Numbered from the whole stretch's first letter, positions 38,926-51,644 are shown. The stretch: DNA of 59,201 nucleotides, filler included, from Squatina squatina (GCA_031763465.1; 3 parts of 3 records of this genome joined end to end with filler, not necessarily neighbours in it); one strand, 5' to 3'. Program-made: numbers and translations. The notes: a model not told the origin generated them from the letters alone.

Positions 38926-39275
38926 TATATTTTTACCCCGTAGGTAATCGTAAGTTCCTCTTGGCTCTCTATCATCAAAACAATCTGCTGTCCTTCAGAT
39001 CCTCTTGACCTACATACTACTCCCAGGCTGGGGGGCCAAGCTGACAAGCTGGCCCCAACTTCTGCCAAAGGTGCACTGGCCCAGCAACGGAAAGATGCAT
39101 GAAAACTTGCTCTTTGATTCTCCCTCCCCTGTCTGTGAGACAGCATTGTGCTCCTCCAAAGCTGAGATTGGTTAGTCACCACATGGGGGACTATGAGCAT
39201 GAATCTGTGACATATTCATCATAGCACGGCAAACTGACTTATCCACTAACACTTGACAACTGTTGAATGGAATAC

Positions 39276-39392
39276 CTTCAGTGTCCTATGAGATCTCTTC
39301 GACTTTATATCCCAGATATTGACTGTGTTATCAAGGCCTCCACTTACAATACACTTGGAAGTGGAATTCAGACTTATACATGTCTGTTTTCT
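39276..39392 (-). CDS. NEDD1: NEDD1 WD40 exon
   Basis: ttccacag|RKQTCISLNSTSKCIVSGGLDNTVNIWDIKSKRSHRTLK|gtattc, matching recalled human QKQTCVNLNSTSMYLVSGGLNNTVNIWDLKSKRVHRSLK. Confidence 0.92.
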
Positions 39393-39560
39393 CTGTGGAA
39401 TGAAACAAACATTGATTATCAAAACAGACTCAAAAAAACACATTAAATGGAAGATATTCCAACTAAATTAGCAGCATTTAATTACAAAGAATTCCCCCAA
39501 ACCGTATAGCCATGCTCCAACTTTGCATGTTTTAATTTTAAATAATAAAACGTTACCTAC

Positions 39561-39655
39561 CCCTTCGGCAAGATCTTTTATCGGAACTGGAGTAGATCTG
39601 CAGGATGACAGCACTATTTTGTCCCCACTGCTGGATGAGCTCACCAAACACTGAT
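39561..39655 (-). CDS. NEDD1: NEDD1 WD40 exon (95 nt, probable AC acceptor)
   Basis: (N)QCLVSSSSSGDKIVLSSCRSTPVPIKDLAEG|gtaggt, matching recalled human NNFLVTASSSGDKIVVSSCKCKPVPLLELAEG. Confidence 0.9.
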
Positions 39656-40148
39656 GTGGAGGAATGAAGGTAAAATGACTGCTTTTAAGAAATGGAGTTA
39701 TTTTGCCTCATTACAGGAGCTAAATTATTGCTATTTAAAGAACAAAAAGCTTTGTAAACAAAGCTGTAACTTGAATATTCAGTGGAACTCAAAAACTGAA
39801 CAAAGAAATTCTTGAAATTTCACATGAGGATTATCAATTTTTATTAAAGTTAAAACTGGGCTAAAAAATGTTCAATGTTCAAACACATCTATTTTATCCA
39901 TCATTACATTTCTGGTCTATTTTAAGTAAGTACGTTTAAAGCAAGCGTTGAACAAGTATGAGCTTTTTTTTAAAACTTAGGACAAATTTGAACACATTCC
40001 ACATTGATATACAAGGGAATCTGTAGGCAATCATGGAAGCATTAGCCTNNNNNNNNNNNNNNNNNNNNNNNNNNNNNNNNNNNNNNNNNNNNNNNNNNNN
40101 NNNNNNNNNNNNNNNNNNNNNNNNNNNNNNNNNNNNNNNNNNNNNNNN

Positions 40149-40385
40149 CTCCAGCCCTATAACCCTCTGAGATATCTGTGCTTCTCCCATTCTGGTCTCT
40201 TGAGCATCCCTGATTTTCATTGGTCCACCATTGGTGGCCGTGCCTTCAGCTGCCTAGGCCCTAAGCTCTGGAATTCCCTCCCTAAGTCACTCCACCTTTC
40301 TACTGTTCTCTCCTTCTTTGAGACACTCCTTAAAACCTACCTCTTTAACCAAGCTTTTGGTCATCTGTCTCAATATCGCCTCATG
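40149..40385 (+). mobile_element. L2 LINE 3' end
   Basis: STIGGRAFSCLGPKLWNSLP...LLKTYLF, a typical L2 ORF2 C-terminus. Confidence 0.8.
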
Positions 40386-41406
40386 GGTCTCCTGTGAAGC
40401 AATTTGGGGCGTTTTATAGGCGCTATATAAGTTGTTGTTGAACTGGTCTCACCCCGCTTGCCAGAATTAAATCTGGCAAGGGGCTTCAATCCCAAGCTGT
40501 ACTACGACAGCTCAGCAAGTCTGCAAATGCCTTGCATCAATGCAAAGTGTAGAACAACTAGCCCTTTCGGTGACAGCACAAAGCAACTAGCTCACGGTTT
40601 TATGACTGATTTGGACTGCACTTTCCATTCACTGCATGTGCCAGCTGCCCAGTTAATAAACTTAAGACTGAAAATACATTTCAGTGTTTGTTTTGTAATG
40701 GAGTGAAGAATTGTACTATGCCCACATCTGTTGTCTTAAAGGGCCTATTTCTCCGGGAGTGCTCCTTTCAAGAGCCAAGTCTGCCGATCTGTTACAAAGA
40801 TTATGATAAACTGCAAACCTTTTTGTCTTTTCTGCTCAGTTCTATTCACTTTAATTATTTTGGTTAATACCAATGGCATCGTCAGGGAATTGGCTTGGAG
40901 AAGTCATTTACCCTAACNNNNNNNNNNNNNNNNNNNNNNNNNNNNNNNNNNNNNNNNNNNNNNNNNNNNNNNNNNNNNNNNNNNNNNNNNNNNNNNNNNN
41001 NNNNNNNNNNNNNNNNNTTTTTACAAATGTGGTGACACAGTATGAGATTTCATATCCATGATTCCCCATGCTAGGGGTGAAAGTCATCTAAGTGCTTTTA
41101 GACACTGGATAATCCATTTGTGTTAAATTCCTGTAATTGTTATATTACTTCAAATGGAGTGACATGTTTGTTAAAATAGCACACACAAGAATTTGGTGGA
41201 AATACATTGATTGTGCTAAAATAATGCACAACATTTCAACCCCACAGATGTTTCGCTGTTCATTTGGAGGAAACACAAGGTGGAATCAAGGTGCTTCTCC
41301 ACAGGGAGCGAGGGGAACTTGAGGGTTCAGTCACCACAGCTCATTTCTCCTAAAAAGATAGAAAAACACAACATAAACTGGAGCAGATGATTAAAACATC
41401 ACTCAC

Positions 41407-41591
41407 TGTGTTACTGCATTGAAGTGGATGGCTAAGTAGACCAAGGATTCCCACTTTTTTTGATTGCACAGCAATTCTAAAGAGTACAGCACCATGGCAC
41501 ACACCCAGTGTAAGTCAACGACAGTCACATCATCAAATTGGGGTTCAAATTTCAGATTAAATCCACCTTCATCATCTGATATGCCTCCTAC
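41407..41591 (-). CDS. CFAP54: CFAP54 exon (5' part lost in gap)
   Basis: VGGISDDEGGFNLKFEPQFDDVTVVDLHWVCAMVLYSLELLCNQKKWESLVYLAIHFNAVT(H)|gtgagt, similar to recalled human DDVNVVDLKW...KWETLVSLAIQFN. Confidence 0.8.
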
Positions 41592-41772
41592 NNNNNNNNN
41601 NNNNNNNNNNNNNNNNNNNNNNNNNNNNNNNNNNNNNNNNNNNNNNNNNNNNNNNNNNNNNNNNNNNNNNNNNNNNNNNNNNNNNNNNNNNTAAAAATAG
41701 GGAAAGATGTAAAACAGGTTGCCAATAAAGTCAAAACTACTCTTATTCTGTCCAGATAGAAACTAGTTGTAC

Positions 41773-41958
41773 CTGACAAAGGTAGGTCCATGCTGTAAGG
41801 ATGGGAAGAGGATAATATGCTAGAATTGGATTTGTTGTCTCTCCTATTCCATTTCCAATGATTTTTCCATCTTCTGAATAAGCAGCAACAGCAAAGATGT
41901 ATTTTTCATTAGCTTTGAGGCCTGTTACCTTCAGCAAGCACTCTCCAAGGACTGGTAC
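41773..41958 (-). CDS. CFAP54: CFAP54 exon (FN3-like segment)
   Basis: gaag|VPVLGECLLKVTGLKANEKYIFAVAAYSEDGKIIGNGIGETTNPILAYYPLPILTAWTYLCQ|gtacaa. It lies between NEDD1 and CDK17, as in conserved synteny. Confidence 0.85.
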
Positions 41959-42949
41959 CTTCAGTTCGAAGAAAAGTGATATTATTGTTTCATACAATTT
42001 AGTAGGTAAAATATAAAACATTAAAAATGATAATGCCCCTGAAATTGCGGTCGAAGGCATTCCTCCGGAGTATGTCAGCAATCAAAAAATGTTTCCGAAC
42101 GTACCTCCAGGCTCCCAGGCTGTGGAGAGTTCAGGTCTCGGGCCTCCAGGCATATGTCTGCACAAAGGCCACCGGATCCCAGGGACACACTGCAGTTCAG
42201 AAGCATCCCTGGGATCACGTGGGCCAGGTCCTCCTATCACAAAGGAGGATTCCATTGAAATCATTTCCCAAAGGAAACCCTTAATGCAATGGAATCCCCA
42301 AATAATTAAAGAATTTAGACAATTCAAATAAGTAAATGTTCTGATTTTCAGCTTTAATTAAAGGTCCCATAATTGCACCAAATATAATCAAAATAAAAAA
42401 TTTTGAATAATAATTTTAAATATTTTAATCAGGGCCAATATTTGCATAAACTAATTTTTGAAGTGTTTTGTGTGATATTTTTTATTTTAAATGTTTTATT
42501 TAAGATTCATAATAACCCAGACAATTGCTGGGCAGTTGTTGGGCAAATAGCCAACTCTGCNNNNNNNNNNNNNNNNNNNNNNNNNNNNNNNNNNNNNNNN
42601 NNNNNNNNNNNNNNNNNNNNNNNNNNNNNNNNNNNNNNNNNNNNNNNNNNNNNNNNNNNNGTCTGGAGTCACATATAGGCCAGACCGGGTAAGGATGGTA
42701 GATTTCCTTCCTGAAAAGACATTCCAATATCTTCTCTTGTATTCATTTGTTATTCTTATGAGAGAATATTCCAGAAGGGTCTGGAAATAAAAGCAGTTAA
42801 TTATTATCAAAGCACTTTGCATGTTTATTCGAACAGAACAAAACTCTGCAGAGCCTTGCCACAGGAGATTAAATAGTTTAAGTGGAAGACATACAACAGG
42901 ATGGATTTAATCTGTGAACGGTACAGTTTTGAGTATGAGAAACTCCATT

Positions 42950-43315
42950 TACAAGCCATCTCCCTCTCCCTGGCAACCGAATGAGACTGAACCAGATTAT
43001 TTCAAACTCAGCATCCTATTTGACCCTGAGCTGAGGTTCCGAATCCATATCCTCTCCATCACCAAAACCGCCTACTTCCATCTCTGTAATATTGCCCGTC
43101 TCCGCTGCTGCCTTAGTCATCTGCTGCTGAAAGCCTCATCCATGCCTTTGTTACCTCCAGACTCAACAATTCTAACGCTCTCCTGGCCAACCGCCCATCT
43201 TCCACTCTCCGTAAACTTGACCTCATTCAAAATTCTGCTGTTGCATCCTAACTCGCACCAAGTTCTGTTCTCCTGTTCTTCCATCACTCCTGTGCTCACC
43301 AACCTACATTGCTAT
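42950..43315 (+). mobile_element. L2 LINE ORF2 fragment
   Basis: ILFDPELRFRIHILSITKTAYFHLCNIARLR, with IHAFVTSRLN in a shifted frame. Confidence 0.8.
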
Positions 43316-43791
43316 TTGCTTAACTCTCGCCCATAGAAATCTCTTAAAATTTTTACGCATGGTAAAAGCCAGCGTACAGGCTTGGTTTTTTATCAGCCTA
43401 AGAGTTTTTAAAAATGTAAAAAATAAAATAAGTTGCTGGTACATTACTTTAAAACCATTTTCATGAAAGTAAGTATATTTTTAAACATTTTAAAAAGATT
43501 TTTTTTTAAATTCAAAAAAGAATTTTTTGTATTATTTATCTCATTAACATATTAATTTTATTAAATGTTAATGTNNNNNNNNNNNNNNNNNNNNNNNNNN
43601 NNNNNNNNNNNNNNNNNNNNNNNNNNNNNNNNNNNNNNNNNNNNNNNNNNNNNNNNNNNNNNNNNNNNNNNNNNGTACTCCAGCAATACTTTGTATGTTT
43701 CATCCCTGATTGACACAATCTACTACATTATCCGAGCAGTCACCACAGTGAGAACTGTAAAAAAGCAAATTTAATATGCTTGTTGCTTTAC

Positions 43792-43850
43792 CTTAGCATA
43801 AAGTGCCAAAACCATCAAATGCCTACAGATGGTGTAAATGTAAGTTGTAC
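43792..43850 (-). CDS. CFAP54: CFAP54 N-terminal-region exon (59 nt)
   Basis: tttttag|(G)TTYIYTICRHLMVLALYAK|gtaaag, similar to recalled human GTIYIYTICRKLM. Confidence 0.8.
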
Positions 43851-45449
43851 CTAAAAACACATAGAAGTACATTAATGCATTTCCAACCAATAATTGAAAA
43901 GGAAAATTTAAAAAGATATTTTGTTTTTTCTTCAAAGCAACTAATGTCTACTTAGAAAAGTCAGAAGAAGCTATTGATTGATTAAAAATTATTTTATCTT
44001 CTGCAAAATATAAACTCCAATTTTAAATGACTGTAAGGAAACACTACATGGATTCTCAGATTACCTGCTATTTACATGAATAACAGAGAGGTAATTTCAT
44101 AAAATTGTACTCCCAACACATTAAATGGACATTATGATTCTCCGAAGTTCGTAAACAGTGTTTTTAAACCATTGATTTGAACACTGTGGAGGCAGGCACT
44201 CATGAGTGTCAGTAATTACAGATCTGGGTTCACAATAAAGCAACTGTGATGGCAACTTTGGAGTCCGAGGGCAATGGGAACAGCAGGACAGTCTCAAAAT
44301 GCCCATAGGGCAAAATGGCAGTGTCGGCATTCCAGCAAACCTATAAAAATGGTAAACGTTTAAAAACTTAAATTTAAAAACAAACTTTAAAAGGAAAATC
44401 ATCCCTTATCTGCTACTTACTTACCTCTGTTAAATGACTGACACACTGAAAGCTGAAAAAACTTTAAAAACTGCTCCACTGTGACAACTGGTGGTCAGAT
44501 CCTGCAACAGCTTGTACACTCAAAGCAGTTCTTAAAATTTTCCAGCATCACAGACTGGAAAATCCTTTTGAAATATGCCAGGGCACGTGGCACACATGTG
44601 ACAGAGATGTGGAGATAACTGACACTGAAATNNNNNNNNNNNNNNNNNNNNNNNNNNNNNNNNNNNNNNNNNNNNNNNNNNNNNNNNNNNNNNNNNNNNN
44701 NNNNNNNNNNNNNNNNNNNNNNNNNNNNNNNATGCGGGCTTACGATTAACATCGTTCCCACCCGGGGACATTGCAATTTCAGGGCCAATGTTTATTTCAG
44801 TGGTTGCATGCTGAAATAGGGGCAGAAAACTGATTTAAAGGAAAAGGCATTAATATCTTCAGTTATGGAATTGAATCTTCATTAACCACCAAGTTGGTGT
44901 GGAAAATGAAATGTGACCAAACAGTATATTTTACTTCTGTGTATACTTCGTATGTGGGTGTATCTGCAGCTTCTTGGCTAAATGTTATCTAGATAGTGGC
45001 ATCCTCTTACTGTTGTAATACAATTTGCGTGTGTGTCGTATGCTTCTTCAACACCTCAAAAAGTAAATTAATGTTTGCTTTTATAATAGCAACTGTATAA
45101 ATAAATTCACACAAATAAATTATATCTGCACAAATATTTTCAGTTCTATTCCAGAATACAAATTGCAAACCTTAAAGATCAATATTTCAGGATTTGCAGC
45201 AAATCTAAACAAAAGTTAATGTCTGACAAATTTATTGTATGTGGCACACAGAACAAATGAACCATGGAAATTTACCGCAGTAACAAGTCAGCAGTTTTTA
45301 ACCAATGATTTTCAGCCTCCTACTGCAATTCAGAAGCCAAACATCAAGTNNNNNNNNNNNNNNNNNNNNNNNNNNNNNNNNNNNNNNNNNNNNNNNNNNN
45401 NNNNNNNNNNNNNNNNNNNNNNNNNNNNNNNNNNNNNNNNNNNNNNNNN

Positions 45450-45600
45450 AAAGCCTCATCCAAAAGATGGCACCTCTGACAGTGCAGCACTCCCTCAGTA
45501 CTGCAGTGAAGTGTTAGTCAAGATTATGCGTTCAAGTCTCTGGAGTGGGGCTTGAACCCATGACCTTCTGATTCAGGTGAGAATGCTACAATTGAGCTAA
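45450..45600 (-). mobile_element. DeuSINE/SacSINE1-like SINE head
   Basis: CATCCAAAAGATGGCACCTCTGACAGTGCAGCACTCCCTCAGTACTGCA...CTTGAACCCATGACCTTCTGA. Confidence 0.8.
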
Positions 45601-46467
45601 GCTAACATAGCTACTAGTTTGTGGATAACCAGAAAAACATTGTTAATGAAAGTAATTTTTCATATTGGCTTTGTTGGAGCTGCAGATCAGCATTTTTATT
45701 GAAGATCGATGCAGAACATTTCATAAAGTTGTGTGTGGTTTTGTTTTTATTTCTATAAACGAGCTTACTGTTTAGCATGATTGGAAATAAAATACTGAAC
45801 CACACAAATTTCCACAAAATAGTTCCTTGTGTTTTAACGGTGATATCTGTGTGATTTCATAAGTGGAGTAACATTATGTTCTGCAGTTCTTCAGCTACGC
45901 TTAATAACATAACACTGTGTTCTACTGCATGCCGTACTCCTTTAAGTTAGACTTTCCAAGTTCAGAAATTTTAGATTGGAGATCCAGGAAACCTGTTGCA
46001 GGAGGGCCTGTGAAATTATTTAAATTTGTATATTTAATTTGTTGTGAAAATATGCAATGCAACAGTACAAAAAATGGAGCACAGAAGAACGGGTGTTTAG
46101 GGCAGATTATGAAACAGCCCAAACCAGAGATTTATTCAGTGCTTCATGAGTTGGCACATCCTCTGGTGGACAAAGATTTGTCTCCATGATATTTCCAACT
46201 TGTGTAGAATTGTGTTTGAAATTCAGTACTCACTGGAAAGTTCCTTAAATTTAGATGGTAATTTAGATAACAGTAGCTGTGCCAATATGCAAGCTTTTTC
46301 CAATTAATATTTTGAGTGGAGAAATTCTGAGAGGATGCCATTTTGCTTTTTTATAGTGCAGCTTAATCCTACTGCACCTCATCATTTGTTATTGATGGAA
46401 CTAATTGCGCTTCCTGTTAACTTCCATTAACAGGTTTAATTTCAGGCTTCTCTGAGTGGAGTATTTC

Positions 46468-46594
46468 ATGGAAAAGATGAAAAAGTTTAAGCGACGGCTT
46501 TCTTTGACCTTGCGTGGCAGCCAAACAATTGATGAGTCTCTGTCTGAGCTTGCAGAGCAAATGACTATTGAAGAGAACAGCAGCAAAGATAATG
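46468..46594 (+). CDS. CDK17: CDK17 (PCTAIRE2) first coding exon
   Basis: (MEK)MKKFKRRLSLTLRGSQTIDESLSELAEQMTIEENSSKDN(E)|gtgagt. Confidence 0.95.
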
Positions 46595-46800
46595 GTGAGT
46601 TATTCTTGTTAAAGCTTTTAAATTAACATAATGCAATTCTTTATTGCTTAAGAAAAATAANNNNNNNNNNNNNNNNNNNNNNNNNNNNNNNNNNNNNNNN
46701 NNNNNNNNNNNNNNNNNNNNNNNNNNNNNNNNNNNNNNNNNNNNNNNNNNNNNNNNNNNNGCCTCGTTGGGACAAACCCGTTGGCTTTCAAAAATCACAG

Positions 46801-46968
46801 AGCCAATTGTGAAGAACGGCAGGCCTGCAACATCGCACAGTATGCACTCCTTTCTCCACCAGTACACAGGCTCTTTCAAAAAGCCCCCTCTGCGGAGACC
46901 CCATAGCGTGATTGGTGGGAGCCTCGGCTCTTTCATTTCCATGCCCAGGACTGGTGGTGGTAGACTAG
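46801..46968 (+). CDS. CDK17: CDK17 second coding exon
   Basis: cacag|(E)PIVKNGRPATSHSMHSFLHQYTGSFKKPPLRRPHSVIGGSLGSFISMPRTGGGRL|gtgatt. Confidence 0.95.
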
Positions 46969-47485
46969 GTGATTACCAAGAGATTGTCTGTCTGTATAGT
47001 TTTGTTACACCTAAATATTTTGCACAATATTGAGTTGTCTTGTGTATGAGGAAGTTCACTATCTTAATTCTTCTTATGTATAATTTATTTACTGTAACAT
47101 TTTTTAAAACCATTTCCTTGGAGTTGTTTTCTGCATGGTTTTTGTTTTTCTTTACAAAATCTAACCTTCGATCTTCCAGGTGAGTGTTGGTAAAATGAAT
47201 GTGTGATGTGTATCTGTTAGTATAACAGATGTACAACTACATAGCTTAAGGTTGACTCCTCTCGAAGAATACTTTCTTTTGATAGCCAGTAAACTATTTG
47301 GGGGAATTGAACTTGACAATGATTGGAGATGAAGCTGACTTGCGTAATTTGGCAAGGGCACAAAGGGTTTTGTATATAGTTGAATNNNNNNNNNNNNNNN
47401 NNNNNNNNNNNNNNNNNNNNNNNNNNNNNNNNNNNNNNNNNNNNNNNNNNNNNNNNNNNNNNNNNNNNNNNNNNNNNNNNNNNNN

Positions 47486-47710
47486 AAAGATACACCTACC
47501 TGATTGGCTGGGGCCTCCCATGTGACCTCTCCAGCCTCTGCAGTTTGACTTGCCCAGGAACCTCGGCAGTCCCGCTCCGAATCTCCAACCCGGGGAGGGG
47601 TGAAGATCGCAAACTCCCATGGATCCAGGACCCTTAAGTGAATATGCAATTCTTTTTGCGATTGGAGGTAACTGCACGCAGGAAGCCTCCAATCGCAATT
47701 TCAGGCCTAA
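47486..47710 (-). mobile_element. MITE fragment (Harbinger-like), left arm of the 51645-52225 family
   Basis: The reverse complement matches 51645-51835, and the fragment ends GCAATTTCAGGCC-TAA. Confidence 0.7.
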
Positions 47711-47714
47711 TCTG

Positions 47715-50460
47715 ATTTTCTAAGCGCTCTGTCACTGCTTCCTTAATAATGGATTCCAGAATATTCCTGACGACAGATGTCAGGCTATTTTCTCTCTCCC
47801 TCCTTTCTTGAAAAGCGGGGTTACATATGCTATGTTCCAATCAGCTGGGACCGTTCTAGAATCTGGGGAATTTTGGAAGATCACAATCAGTGCATCCACT
47901 ATCTCAAAAGCCACCTCTTCTAGAACCCTAGGATGTAGGCCATCAGGTCCAGGGGATTTGTTGGCTTTTAGTTCCATTAGTTTCTCAAGTACCTTTTCTC
48001 TGCTGATATTAATTACTTGAAGTTCCTCACTGGTATGCTTTTTTGTGTCTTCTACTGTGAAGACAGATACCAAATATTTGTTTAAAGTCCCTGCCATTTC
48101 CTTATTCCCTATTATAATTGCTCCTGTCTCAGCCTCTAAAGGGATCAATGCTTATTTTAGCTACTCATTTCCTTTTTACATACTTGTAGAAGCTCTTATA
48201 ATCTGTTTTTATATTTCTTGAAGTTTACTCTCATTTTATTTTCTCCCTTATCATCAATTTTGTGGTCATCCTTTGTTGGTTCCTAAAGCTGTCCCAATCC
48301 TCAGGCTTACTCTTCGCAACATTATAAACCTCTTCTTTTAATCTAATACTATCCTTAACTTCTTTAGTTAGCCACGGACGGATCACTATTCTCATGGAGT
48401 TTTTATTTCTCAATGGAATGTATATTCATAGGCACATGAGTAGGTCATTGAGCCCCTTGAACCTGTTCCGCTATTTAATAAGATCATGGCTGACCTGTGA
48501 CCTAACTCCATATACCCACCTTTGGTCCGTATCCCTTAATACCTTTAGTTAACAAAGAGCTATCAATCTTAGATTTAAAGTTAACAATTGATCTAACATC
48601 AATTGCCATTTTTGGAAGAGAGTCCCAAACTACCACCTTTTGTGTGTAGAAATGTTTCCTAATTCCACTCCTGAAAGGTCTGGCTCTAATTTTTAAACTA
48701 AGCCGCCTAGTCCTAGAATCCCCAACCAGTGGAAATAGTTTCCCTCTATCTACCCTATCTTATATAAGGGGAACAAGATATTATGTTCCCCTTAATATCT
48801 TGAAAATTTTGATCAGATCACACTTAACCGTCTCAATTCTCGGGAATACAACCCTAATTTGTGTAATCTCTCCTCGCAACTTAACCTTTGAAGTCCAGGT
48901 ATTATTCTGGTAAACCTATGCTGCACTCCCTCCATGGCCAATGTATCCTTCTGGTGCCCAGAACTGCTCACAGCACTCCAGGTGTGGTCTAACCAGGGCT
49001 TTGTACAGCTGCAGCATAACTTCTACCCCCTTGTATTCTAGTCCTCTAGTTATAAAGGCCAGCATCCCATCAGCCTTTTTGATTATTTTCTGTACCTGTT
49101 CATGACATTTTAATGATCTAGGTTTCTTTGGACCTCCACTGTTATTAGCTTTTCACCATTTAGAAAGTAGCCTGCTTTATCCTTTTTCGGTCCAAAGTGA
49201 ATGACCTCACATTTGCCTACATTGAAATCCAATTGCCACTGTTTTGCTGATTCACTTAATCTGTCAATATCAGTTTGTAATTTTATGCTTTCATTCACAC
49301 TGCCTACAATGCCGCCTATTTTTGTGTCATCGTCAAATTTGGATTTCTATGCCATCATCTAAGTTGTTAATAAATACTGTGAATAGTTAAGGCCCCAACA
49401 CAAATCCCTGCAGGTCACCACAAGTCACATCCTGCCAATTAGAGAACCTACCCATTATCCCTATTCTGTCTCCTGCCACTCAGACAATTTCTTAACCAGG
49501 TCAATAACGTCCCTCAATTCCGTGGGCTTCTACTTTAGTTAACAGTCTCTTTTGTGGGACTTTATCAAATGCCTTCTGGAAGTTGATACAAATAACATCT
49601 ATAGACATTCCCCTGTTATACTACTTTAGTCACCTCCTCAAAAAATTCAATCAGGTTTGTCATGCATGACCTACCTTTAACAAGTCCATGTTGACTTTCT
49701 CTGATCAACTGAAAATTTGAGGTGTTCAGTCACCCTATCCTTAATTATAGACTCCAGCAATTTCCTGATAGCAGGTATTAGGCTAACTATTCATTGAGAA
49801 TGTTGGAATATTTCTTTAAATGTTTCCCACTGCTTATCTACCCTCATACCTTTTAATCTATTTTCCCAAACTACCTCAGCCAACTTGCCCCTCAAACCTA
49901 TGTAAATTGCTTTAGTTAAGTTTAAGACACTCATTTCAGACTTATTTCACTCGTAAACTCAATGTGAAATTCTATCACTCTTCCACAGAGGATCCTTTAC
50001 TATGAGGTTACTAATTAACCATGTCTCATTACACAATACAAAATCTAAAATAGCCTGTTCCGAGTTGGTTCCATGACATATTATTCTAGGAATATGTCTC
50101 GAATGCATTCCATGAATTCGTCCTCCAAACTACCTTTGCAAATTTGATTTGCCTGTGCTATATGAAGATTAAAGTCCCCCACAATTATTGTATTAACTTT
50201 GTTACAAGCTCCTATTATTTGTTAATTAATACTCTGTTCACAGTGTTTTCTACCTCTTATTTCTTATCTCCACCCATACTGGTTCTACATCCTGATCCCC
50301 TGAGCCAGGTTTCTTTCTCACTACTGTCCTTATGTCATTGTTTATTGTCAGGGCTAACCTCTTCCCCCACCGCCCCACTTTTCCATTCTGCCTGTCTTTT
50401 CACTGTGTCATATTTAATTCCCAACCTTGGTCACCTTGCATCCATGTCTCTGTAATGGCT
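47715..50460 (-). mobile_element. CR1 LINE ORF2 with a second CR1 nested at 48430-49787
   Basis: KSPGPDGLHPRVLEEVA...DWNIAYVTPLFKKG in the outer element, and QTDIDRLSESAKQWQLDFNVGKCEVIHFG in the inner one. TATTCAT flanks the inner element on both sides. Confidence 0.85.
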
Positions 50461-51644
50461 TCACCTGCTCATGGGTTGCCTCCTGGTTCTAGGAACTTCT
50501 CGCACAAGAACTGCTGATGTGAAACCACAAGCAAAAATATTCAAGTACAGGGGATCAAACCTTTGTAAGTTACACTTCGTCTTTCCTGAGTTGTGGTGCC
50601 CAGAACTGAATGTAGTGCTCTAAATGGGGTCTAATTGGAGTTTTATGTAACTGTAACATAGGTTCTACCACTTTGTATTCCAGCACACTTGAGATAAAGG
50701 CCAACAATCCATTAGCCTTTTTGATTACTTTTTGTCCCTGTGCACTAGCTTTTACTGATGTGTACCTGGCCTCTCAAATCCCTTTGCTCCTCCAAAGTTC
50801 TGAATCTTGCACCATTAAAAAAATACTTTGACATTTCTTTCTTGGCGTATTTTTAGGGTCCCTTGTACTACTGGTATTTTTGTGCTCTTCCTCTACTGTG
50901 AAATTAGGATACAAAGTATTAATTTAACAAGTCTACTATTTATTTGATTATGTATTATAGTATCACCAGCATCTGTCTTTAATCTGCTCACATTCCCCTT
51001 GCCATTCTGTCTCTCTTAATATATATCTAAAACTCCTACTGTTGGCTTTGATATCCTTTATAATTTTTTTGTATCACATTCCTTTTTTGCACCTCTTGCT
51101 TTGTATTTGTATTGCTTTCTTTCTATCCCTACATTACAACAGTGAGTACACTACAAAAGTACTTCATTGGCTGTGAAGCATTTTGGGACATCCTGAGGTT
51201 GTGAAAGGTGCTATATAAATGCAAGGCTCCCTTTTGTTGCCTCTTATTACTCTCCCAGTTTGCTAGATTTCAACCACATCCTCTGGGTGATGTGTTAATT
51301 ATTAACATGCTCAGCCTGCTCCGGTTGTGCACTTTGCAATGGTCTCCTGTTTGTTTCTCGCATAGGATGCCAAGGGTTGGGCATTTTCCACTGGCTCATG
51401 TGCTCCAGTGACACTTCCACTGAGCCTTGGGACTTATGGTGCACGTCACCCCTCTCACTCCATCCAAATGTTTGCGAAAACAATTTACAATGATGTGAAA
51501 AACACCTTCCCTTTCTAGTGGCTGCTGCAGGCCTTTAAATCCTATAGCAGCCCAGGAATTCTCACTCCACAAGCAGCCAGCACCCAATCTCAGGAGTTCC
51601 ACACTGCAGGGTATCGAGTGTCTCCCAAGCACTGACAATAACAT

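Noticed and set aside
44121-44631. Minus-strand open frames as further CFAP54 exons
   Set aside because: No convincing similarity to recalled CFAP54, and the splice boundaries are inconsistent.
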